Shown in pieces: positions 28,001 through 40,000 of a stretch of DNA of 64,000 nucleotides (the stretch's first letter is position 1; each line of letters opens with the position of its first letter). Location of the stretch: assembly GCF_037042905.1 (NCBI RefSeq), contig NC_087247.1, positions 62,248,001-62,312,000 on the forward strand, read 5' to 3'. The notes beneath the pieces are model-generated. The model did not search any database. It was not told the origin of the DNA and saw nothing but the letters and a program-made list of their open reading frames with translations. The stretch is from Lytechinus pictus (taxonomy: Eukaryota). The translations under genes were made by a program, and so were the position numbers.

Positions 28001-31000
28001 TGTCCAAGTTTCATGAATCAGATCCATAAACTTTCAAAGTTATGATGGTAATTCAACAGATACCCCCAATTCGGCCAAAGTTCATTGACCCTAAATGACC
28101 TTTGACCTTGGTCATGTGTCGTGAAACTCATGCAGGATGTTCAGTGATACTTGATTAACCTTATGTATAAGTTTCATGAACTAGGTCCATATATTTTCTA
28201 ATTTATGATGACATTTCAAAAACTTAACCTTAGGTTAAGATTTTGATGTTGATTCCCCCAACATGGTCTAAGTTCATTGACCCTAAATGACCTTTGACCT
28301 TGGTCATGTGACATGAAACTCAGGCAGGATGTTCAGTAATACTTGATTAACCTTATGGCCAAGTTTCATGAACTAGGTCCATATACTTTCTAAGTTATGC
28401 TGTCATTTCAAAAACTTAACCTCAGGTTAAGATTTGGTGTTGACGCCGCCGCCGCCGTCGCCGCCGCCGTCGCCGCCGCCACCGCCGTCGGAAAAGCGGC
28501 GCCTATAGTCTCACTCTGCTATGCAGGTGAGACAAAAATGTTAAAATGAAAAAAATATTAATTCAAGTGCATTATTGTGCTGCTATTTTGCACATCATGA
28601 TATATCTATTAATGGTTGATAACACATGTGCACAGATATTCCAAACAAAACTCATTCCTCATACCAGAAATTAACTTGAATGATCACAGGCTTAATAATG
28701 ACACCTTTAACAAAATTCCACACTTCCCATATAATGCTTGAGGTAATTTTCATTAGTGAAGTTCAAGCAGATGATGTAGTCATTGTGAATCATCAGAGTT
28801 TTAGTAATGTTTAAGGTAGTCTTGAATATATTCCAGCATGGGGAATGAACACGTTGACGGAATATGATAATCTTGTCTGTTTTGATTGGGTCTGACTCAC
28901 TCTCACTGTCGCTACTAATCCTATAGATATACCCTTGATTTAGTGTCTTAGGTAAATTCAGAATCCAGCATTCATCGCTTTTGTACCAAACATGAAAAAA
29001 AAAAGACAAAGGTATAAATAACCAATTTAATGTATACATATTTTATCAATTTAATTCTCTTAACAAAAAAAATTAGATGACAAAATGGGCACATCATGTT
29101 CTGGTGGTTCTGTCTTTAAGACAAAGGGTTATGGGTTTGAATCCAAGCTATGGTGTGTTTTCCATCACCAAGAAATTTATTCACACTGTGCAGCACTCAA
29201 CCCAGGAGAGGTAAAAGGGTACTAGGTAGGATTAATTGAATGCTGAACACTGTTCATTCAGTTTGGATTCTTGATTTGAAAAATCTAGAATAAAAATGCA
29301 TATGAATCCAGCTATTTATTGGATGAATCAAGAATGGCTCATCATTCTTTAATATTTACAAACATTTGAATTGTCAAATTGTCATCAATATGTAATAGGA
29401 AATTCTCCAAGAGTATTAACTTTAAAAAAAATTCAACTTACATGTATATTTACTTTGTACACAGAATTAAAGAGCTATAATGTAGCTTTATTCCATTTCA
29501 TTTAACTGCATGTGTGAAGTTTAGTTGAAGTTAAAACTAAATATTATAATACTGAAATACCCCCCCCAAAAAAAATTGTTTGCATTAATATATAAAATTA
29601 AAACAAAAGATATTTTGAAATTCTAGTAAAGATGGGAATACTGAAGAGCATTAAAGGCGATCCCTTATTGGGTCAAAACCACTATCTCGGCGCAATTGGA
29701 AAGTCAACAAATCAGAAAAATAAACTTTGTTCAACACATATCATTTTATTGTGAAAAGAATGCATGTATTGTCAAGTTAATATCCGTTGATTATTGGCTT
29801 TTGAATTTTGCTGATTGACTCAATTTTCACGTTTTCGTAATGACATGTATAATTCAGTGTGAAACCTACGTTAAAGAGCATTACACCTTTAATAGTCGTG
29901 GTGAAATCTATTTCTATTGAGTACAACTTATTTGCCACTTCTGAAATAATCAATTTGGTGCCAAAAATTGTACGATAATGGTCTATTACTTCCCTTGAGT
30001 TTGATTGCGAAAACCACTGAGGAGAATTGAAGTTTGAAAACATTAATTTCTATAAAGAAATTTGACTGTCAAAATCACGAATTGTATCTTTTTACTTCGA
30101 ACAATAAATCTGAAAGATAAAGGTAAGATTTAAACATTTATAAAGTCATGTAATGATTAAGTTTACAGGATGTTCATCAAATTCAACGAACGGGAAGCAT
30201 GTAATATGTAATTGTCTCATTAAATATGGTAACGTAGGTTTCATGAAAGGTAACGTAAATTACATGTTATAAAAATCTGAAAATAACTACGAAGGTTTAG
30301 AATTGTATGCACGAAAATAACTGAAAGTTGATTGGTTACATTCTCAAATAATATCATGAAACAAAATGGACCCAACTATTATCACAAAATGGTTTTAATC
30401 CACGGGAAATTTAGATTACATGGTGCTCAGAATATGGGCATTTTATATTCAAATGTAAAGTGCCAGACATGTTGAAGTGTGAGTGATAATCAAAACACGG
30501 TCAGTTGTGTTTTCAGATAATGTTATTTATATCAACTCCCTCTTTCTATTTGCAATTTTAATTAAATGTAGAGAGTGAAAATTAGAAGTTACTTTGAAAA
30601 GAGTAACGTATGTTACTTTAATATCTGACAATGCTAAACGATTGTCCTACCACAACTAACATTTAAAATCTGCTAGTTTGGATGAAATATAACACCAATG
30701 TTCCAAGAAATTGCAATTGCAACTTTAAAATTTAACAATTTGTCTTTTTGAACTTTACCAAGGTATATGAAATACTAAAAGTGTGGAAGAACTATAACAC
30801 CAATTTGAAATTGTGAATAAACTATAACTCTTATAGATCAACTATACGTCAAACATATATGGAAATGTGGTTGGTCATCAAAACGCGGTTACCTTTATTT
30901 TCCCGATGACTTTTATATCAATTCCCCATTTTGATTACAAATTTTGATTACGTTTACACGGCGAAAATTAGTAATAAAATTATTTTGAAAAGAGTAACGT

Positions 31001-34000
31001 ATTTTAACTTCAACATCTGACAATGTAAAACAATTATTTCAACTCAGCTAACATTCAAGATCTGAAATTGTGGATGAACCCTAAAACCTAATGTGCAAAG
31101 AACTCGCAACTTAAAAATTCAACAATTAGCCTTTTTGAGCTATAGCTCAAAAAATTCAACAATTAGCCTTTTTGAGCTATAGCTCAAAAAGGCTAATTGT
31201 TGAATTTTTAAGTTGCGAGTTCTTTGCACATTAGGTTATAAGCAGTAACTATACTGGACTGTTCTCCAGATACTATTCGCAACATGACAACCACCTACTG
31301 TGGATTTCCATTAAATGGAAATTGATATAATGAAATTGTATACAAAGCTTATTGTAGCATGAAAGCTGATGAACATGCCATGTACATTATTAAAAACGTT
31401 ACGGTATATAAGTATCGTGATTTGCTTGAATTGAAAAATCCCCCACTAATTTTATAAGACATTGATTTGCGTTCCGAAGAAGGTGTAATGAAAATTGAAA
31501 GAGAGAGATGAAATGAGGAAAAGGGAGATTGCAGTAAGTAGATACAAGATGAAAAACAAAAATAGATTAACCGCCACATATTCCAAATCTTATTAAAAGG
31601 TGTCGCGTTTATCTGATATCAACAACTTCTTGACACAAATGCCTTATACTGCTATTTTTATAATTTTTTTCCCTTTCATTACAAAAAATATTAAGGTATA
31701 TATACATATATTTTTTTTAAGAAGGCAATTATATAAATTGATATATATAAAAGAAATTTGAGGGAAGGAAATCAACAATAATACATTTGATAAACCGATA
31801 AACACCCCTCCTTTATATTGCGAAAAATAAAATTTGATCATGGGCTTGGGAAAAATCTCAACTACAATCGGCAAAAAAAGTTCTTGGACACTTATAAAAG
31901 TTAAAATATTCCATATTCAAAACTCGGTACCAAATCCTGAATCCTACGTTACTATAATTTGAAACCTACGTTACTATAATGAGGTGGATAAAATATTAGC
32001 ATATGAACTGTGTTATATACCTTAATTCAACCAATTGAGAGAGATCTTATTTATGAAGAATATTGGCAAGTATAAATGTAAGAAAGGTATAGACAGTGTA
32101 ACAAAATACCGAATCTTTTAAAGGGCTAGTTTTATTTTTAAATATTTCATGAAAATAAAAATTGAACGGAACATAAACAATGCTTGAAGTCATAGTAATT
32201 GTACTTTTTTCTTTTTTTCGTTCCCAAAATTCCATTGGTAATGAAACTGAATGTAGTACTAGCTTATTATAAACATAAAGTTACGATTAGGAAGATTAAA
32301 TCCCCTTATATCATTTATGTATGGGACAACTTCTATTTTGAAACATACGTTACTAGAGTTGAAACATACGTTTACATTATTATTACTAGCTTCCAATGTA
32401 TAAAAGATCGATTTAAGAGTAATTTCACATTCTTAAACTTTTGTTTGATTTTCTACCACTTCTTAAGAAGCCCTTGACTAATGGTTGCACCTAAAATACA
32501 CTCAAATATTTAGAGGAGTAGAAACTTTAAAAATTTTGATGGAATTGAATACTTACTAGTCAGCTTGTGATGCAAGGGATTAGAAAAAATGGGACGAGAT
32601 CCACCATAGACTTGTAAAAAGTTGTTGCTTAGCTATATAGGCTTTCTGAGAATGATCGTAGATGGCTCATCTTCGTTATATATCGAGAAAAATCCTTTTA
32701 ACGCCAAAAAGGCCGAGGTCTGCATATACGGTAACGTAAGTTTCACAACGTAAATTACATGATGGGGTATATAAATAGTTGCTGATCCAAAATTGCTCTT
32801 TGCAAGTATGATTTCGTTGGCCCTCTGACTTTCCTTTTATCAATGCTAACTGCTGATATACATATCAGCATCTAAAGTCTATACACATTTCCCCAAAACG
32901 GTAACGTAAGTTTCATCTCTTAACGCTACGTTTCTATAAATTGCATTTAGTTTGGTTTTGATAAGATAATTCTTACTTAGGAATGGGAGTACATAGGTAT
33001 CATTTCTTATCATATACCCGAGGTGTCAAATAAATAAAAATAAACATATTTACGATGACATAAAGTATTTAATTATTGATCTAAAATACGATAACGTAAG
33101 TTTCACTACATTTGGCGACACATTTGGTTTTATCCGCATGTGAAAACAAAACATTTTTATCAAAAACTTTTGATTGTATTTTGTGGAGGGATCACTTATA
33201 TGTATATTAATTTAGTTTTAGGGCAGTTGCTATTTACTTTATTTTGGCAAGATACAGAAATTTAGAAAATATATGACCTGCGACACGCTGTTTTTCACTA
33301 TTACAACGGATGGGTTTGCTAATTTCTCATTATATACCAAATGAAGGTCAATAATATGACTTTCTTTTTAAAGAATGGATCTCATATAATAAATAGAATA
33401 GCTTAACTCGACCATTCTATATCAATTTTATTTTTAATTGGACCCATAACATGCGGGACACGAATTTTACGCAATTGCGCCGAGATAGTGGTTTTGACCC
33501 TATTGCCTATTGGAGAGAGCAAAGACCGAATCAGCTTCAAATCGTGCACTACATGTACCAACATTGCTTTGATGTCATTTGTTTTTATACCAACCAGGCT
33601 CAAAGTAAACATGAATTTCAATAATTTACTTATTTTGAAAGCTTTTGACCAAACATATTTTACATCACATAAATCAAAATTTTTTCCAAAATAAAATGGT
33701 AGACAGAATAGATTGTGTGCAGTTTTTTTTCAAGAATTACATACCCAATCATATATACAGGATTCTCATGAGCACATGATCTCATGCATGAACTGTGGGG
33801 AAACAATATCTCCTTCTAAGGCTTCAACACAATCATCTTTTATTCCTTATTTGAAATGCAACTGGGCTCTATTATACCAGAAAATGGGGAACAGTCAATA
33901 TGGTTATTTTTTTCAATTGAAATAAAAATTAAATTCATGAACCCAACTAAGTTACTTTCTCCTTACTGATTCTTCCACCTTCTCCCACCTCACCCTACCC

Positions 34001-37000
34001 CTATCTACCTCTTTCTCCCCTTCCCCGGAAAGGGAAACATTTCTGCTATCAAACAATGCAATAATATGGAAATGCCAACAAATGCCAATGACTGTGATAA
34101 TATAGCTATGCCAAAAAGCACAGCAGTAGTCCATTCTCTTATTTGAGAAATTCAGACAAGGTCCAAAAGCCATGTAACTGATAGAAATTACCAAGTAAAG
34201 CATGAATACAACCCCCTACAACTTCTTTCTTTGACTCAATAGCTGACATGTTTTCAAATACCAGAAAGTCACTTGAAATAAAAACATCATTGACGTTTGA
34301 TTATAGTGAAGTGTGTTGTATATATTGCATACATTCAAGACCTCAAGTGACTCAACATACATGTATGGACCAATTTTTTCCCCCAAGAGTACATGCATTG
34401 AAGAAAAGAGAGGCCCCCTGACTGAGGATTTCATGCATGTCTGAATTTATCATATAATTTTTTTTAGTGACTATTCAGATACTAAAAAACACTGTCCAAT
34501 CAACATTTTCATCTTGTGATGAAAAGTGGCCCATGACTGCCACATAAAAACCATAATTTAATTAAAAGTACAAGGTTTTACATCAAGCTAATTAAATATG
34601 AATGAACAGTGTTCTTTTAAATCTGTCCATGTTTTAAGCTGGCTCACATCTTTGCGGTTTAAGCTACATACATGTATTGCTGCATTAGCCAGAAATGCAC
34701 AACAAAGTATTTGGTTGCAATTTTATTTTCGTGTACAAGCCCGCTGGGGCTCATGTTGAGTTGCACACAATAGAGTGAGGTGATCAGAGCTACAATAAGG
34801 TAAATCAAGCAGCAACACTGTGTTGGCCTGTGTAAGCTGCTCGCTGTTGCTCGTTGTTGTTCGTAATTGCATTCCTTGCTTACATTCTACTTGTTGCAAC
34901 TCGTCTTTGCTTGCATGGATTTTGGATGCATTCAGTTGCAGATGTTTGACAAAATTCAAACTACTTGGCTAGAATGCAGTGCATTTGCGTTAGTCTGCAT
35001 AATAGGGCCGTCTGCACCATCCCGAGTTTTCAAATTAGCGCGCTATTTCTGATCCGGCAAATTATCCCGATCTGAAAAATCTCGAGATAGTTTGCAGTGG
35101 AGACGCAATTATCGCGCTAGTTCGTAGGATTAATCTCGAGATTGCAATCCCAAGTCAACTCGGGTTTATTTGCAAAATAGCGCGCTATTTTACGAATTAT
35201 CCCGCTAATTCGTAGGTGCAGACGCACTCGAGATTGGACTCGGGGTAATTTATTCATGACGTCAGTCCATAATGCAATTCGCGTTCCACTTCCGCCTTGG
35301 TCAAAACATAAACACGTGCGAAAGTCAACTTTATACATGCGAATAGATATTATCGCGAATAGCGTTCATCAATTGCCTAATCAGCAACGATGGTGTCCCA
35401 CCAGTGAATGGATTTTGGGAGAGACCAGACCGAAGGGGGAGGCGCTCATCGACGATGGTCATATTCAATAACAACACTGACAGCAGTGTCGTCTTATTCC
35501 TTCGCAAAATGTGAGCAAATAGCATTTCTTTCCTCCTTCTCTCCCCCTCTCTCCCCCTCTGTCGTTGCCTCCTACTCCGCCATCATATTTAACGAAGAAT
35601 ACACTCGCTGAGCTGAGAGGATTGTTGCATAACACCGGTCGAATTCGGCGAAAGTGCTAGAGAAAGGAGTACATTGCTTGCATATCGCGGGAAGTTATTC
35701 AAAAGCGCGGGCCGTTCAAACTCCAAGATCCGAAAGTGCGCATGCTCGGAATATCGGGCTTGTTGCCTCGCTCGAGCAGGAATCGCTCTTCTTGCGATGG
35801 TGGAGACGGGGTTTCTTGAATCTCGAGATTAATCGCGAAGTGGGCCGATCGGGCTAAAATCTCGAGATTGAGCAAACTCGGGATGGTGCAGCACCGCCTA
35901 ATGACCGTGGGTAAGCTCATATAATTGTGTTGTGCTGCGTTATCACTGAGTTTGTCTGCATTTGGGCAATCCACACCTGAATGCAAGCCAAATACGCACA
36001 GGTGTATTAAGCCAGGGTTAAAGTATAGTTTAATGGTAACCTTTTCATTGAAAATTAAACAATTCAAGCAGACATGCATGTAGCCACAGTGTGCAGATAT
36101 ATCTACAAATAAGAAAAAGGAGCTACAAAGCTAGAAAATAGGTCAATTTATTCATAACATTCTTCAATTGATTGATTGTGTGGACATTTATCTCTCTCAC
36201 TCTCTGTGACAAAAACTGAGAAAGAAAAAAATTCTTCCCAGGTAATTCTTTTGATATCCGAATGATCAACCTTTGATATTTTCCTCTTATTTACAAATCT
36301 CTTCAAAGTGAACCGTGCATGTCTCCATTCAAGGCAAACACACATTCTACAAATAAAAAGATATCTCTATGGAAAAAAAACTTATTCCCCATATAGCGCA
36401 TTTCCCTATTGTAAACATTTCACAATCTCAATGGCATAACGAGGGAATCCATGACACAAACAAGGGATCTCTATTTGGACAGACATAGCTCATTAAATAA
36501 GATTTATTGATCAAACAAAAACAAACTTCCGTACATATTGTTTGCTCATGATAGGAAATATGTTTCTACTGTTTAATCATTCAATAATCATCATCAACAA
36601 CAGAGCAGATACAAAGAACAACCCTTGATGATAAATGCTATATTTGCACAGTAATAAGAAATATGATCATTTGCAACCAACATAAAACATAAGAGTCACA
36701 GGGGCAATGATATGTGACATAATAACCTCCTGAATGCTGGGTCAAGATATTTTCCATTTATGGAAATTCTAAACTAGATAATAATCAAAATCCTCTTCAC
36801 TTTGACCTCTATAAATCTAATGTTTAGATAGCTCTACAGACCATGCAATGCAATCTACTTACTTACTAAGAAGGAATCAGTCCTCAATGAGATGCATGCC
36901 TACCTACTATGGTATCTGAGCCTTTCCTGGTTTTGTATTCTTACTCTTTACATACAGAAGGAATCATGATACAAGTTTCAGATTTCTGCTACTGAACCAT

Positions 37001-40000
37001 AAACAGAATGTCATCCATTAACATAAGAATATTGGATGTGGTCGTTTGTTTTTTATGTTCACTGTAACATGACTTTAAACTTCTCACAGATAATGCATTT
37101 CAGATGTTAGCAACAAAGCTAGTTCAAATAAAGAAAACCAAACCAAGATTCAAATAGATAAGCCTAATTTTTAATGAATTAAATATTGTCAAAAAACAAT
37201 ATCAAAGTCTGATAACTGACATCTGAGCACCGACTTAAAATGACATACCTGAAATTAACTCAGTTTAGTCCTCTATAATATGGTAAATTACAATTTGAAT
37301 TTAGCAACTATCAAACATAATAACTACTAAATGTAGTCATTAACACAGTTTGTTTTTGTTTATAAATAAATTGTTTCCGCCCAGATAACTGCATATAGGC
37401 CTGTACAGAATATGTTAATGTCAGTTTACCTTACAACATTTATAGAACTGATTGCAAGTTCCAGGCTTTTAGTTCCATTGCCAGTGTGATGAAGTTTTTA
37501 TTCTGCATGAAAGAAGCTTTATTGAACAGTCTGGTACTGAGATTATTTAACCAGGTTTCATCATAACAAACAGATATTATGCATTTGTAGATGTGAACTT
37601 CCCCCGTTACAATGCACAATCTTTATATGTTAACTAATTCAAACAATGCAAGACAATGTTAGCTTTGCAATGGTAAGTCTGTGAAAGATCCCATTGTTTG
37701 CTTTCTGCTTAAGATGTACAAGACACAAATGGAACCCTGGGAGCTTTAAAAAAAAACACATTTGACCTGTTGTCTGGCAGAGTAGTAGCCTTGATAACAC
37801 AGAAACTACATAAATGTGACAAAATCATGAGAGTATGATTTTAATCAAACTATAATGTTGCTGTGACCATGTAGAACAGTTCAATGAAAACATCATAATA
37901 AATGATGAGGTGAGTAGTCAGAAACATTGCATATACTACTGAGGAATTAAAAGATTGAATAGATAAGTGTCTTCCTTCCTTTTTTTCTTTTCTTTCTTTC
38001 TTCCTTCCTGTCTCACTATTAATAATTCTCAACAAAGCAACACCCTCTAATTTAAAGCTACTTCTGTCTCTCTATAGATTCCAGTACAACAAAACAAAAA
38101 AATAATATAAATGTACTTACATTCAAGGACTGGATTGCTTTGTAAGAGTTGTTCTTTGACCACATCTACATCTCCCCCTTTACCACATACTGCTGATACG
38201 TACTGCATAACAATTTTGCTTGCCTCTGTGAATATGAAGTAAATAAAAAGACACATTTCAATATGAAGAAGAAAATATCATTTCTTTCCAGACCATACGT
38301 TTACACGTTATTAGATATAAATATATATTGAGCCTTCATCACCCGTAAATTTACCAGTATTATATAATTCAACTAAATTGTCCTCTTCTTCCTTCTCTCA
38401 CCTTATATTTCTTTCATCTATCTTCATCACATATGCCACCCCTATCCTCATCCCCCATTCATTCTTTATATCTCCTTACTACTCTTCTCCCCCTTTCTTT
38501 ATTACATCTCCCTTCCTATCTGCCTAACAACCTTACCCCTATGATCTTCCCATTCATCCAATCTTTTTTTCTGAGTGGTGCCTTTCCACCCATTCATTTT
38601 TTAGAGTGTAAGGCCTATTGATTACTTTCACCTACATCATCTCATACTCTCATGTGTCATCAACTAAAGTATGATTTAATTTAACACATCAATCTTACCC
38701 TCCACATAAAAAGACAACTTTTGTTTACATGTTGTTTAGATATTGTGGCTGTTGGTTGCCTAATAAAGTAAAGTGAACGAGCTGTCCAAATTAAATAATT
38801 CTTTCTTAAGTATAAAAGATCAACAAAATTAAATTTAATGGAAAATGCACAACAAAGCTACATTCCAATCTCATGACAACACCAAAAGTCATTCCTAAAA
38901 TTAACTTTCTGATGGGGGTACTCAATAAATCAGGAATGTTCCCAATGGCATTGGACTTGAGGCAGTGGTGTAAATCACCTGTTTTTCCTGCTCCACTCTC
39001 GCCTGAGATGATGACACACTGGTCTCGATTCTTGTCCCTCATGTCCCTGTAGGCGTCATCTGTGATGGCATAGCTTCAGTCAAAACAAATCAAAAGATAA
39101 AATATAAAATATCTGCACAGAACAATAAAGTAACATGGAAATATTGATCTCAAATATATCATTATTGGGAACTGGTTGCTAGTTCCCAAGGTTACATAAA
39201 TTAATCATGGATGATATCCATAGTCATTTATGGGTGGGGTATTACACATTGTCATTATTCTTGTTTTATTACCCAAATATTTTCAAAAAGAATGTTATAC
39301 CCTTTTTACACACGCTAAAATTTCCTTAACCCCGTACTATAGGTGGGGCTAAATTGCCATTTAGCCCCACCTATAGTACGGGGTTAAGCTTAGCCCACTT
39401 TCTTTTTACACAGCATTTTTGCAAAGTGGGCCAACCCCACCTTTAGTACGGGATTATTTGGCCCTGCAAAAAAGCAGGGTTATCCCAGCAATTGCGGTGC
39501 TAAGAGCGATAGTACGGGGTTAAGATCGCTAGTGTAAAACGAAAGTGGGCTAAGCTTAACCCCGTACTATAGGTGGGGCTAAATGGCAATTTGGCCCCAC
39601 CTATAGTACGGGGTTAAGGAAATTGTAGCGTGTGTAAAATGGTACGAGTGAAGTACTTGTACTACGAATGATCGACAAAAACCACTAGTCCGGGGTTAGC
39701 GAGTTTCGTGTGTGAAAAGCAAGCATTCCTTATCCGGGGTTAGCAATAACAATTTGGCATGTGTAAAAAGGAAAAAAAATAGTACGGGGTTAAGGATAGT
39801 ACGGGGTTAGCGATAGTCCGGGGTTAAGAAAATCCTGTGTAAAAAGGGTATTAGATGACAAAAGGGAACATACTTAATGGTCTATGTGAACTACAGGCAG
39901 GGAAACATAGTTCGTTCAAATACAGGAATACTTGGTAGAATGCATCAGTTATCACTTTATCAGTTTCTCAGATTGACTAGATTCATATCCAATCATATTT

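Noticed and set aside
27640-28430. CRISPR-like repeat array
   Set aside because: Whole 162-bp units are homologous with no unique spacers; eukaryotic context with no cas genes.
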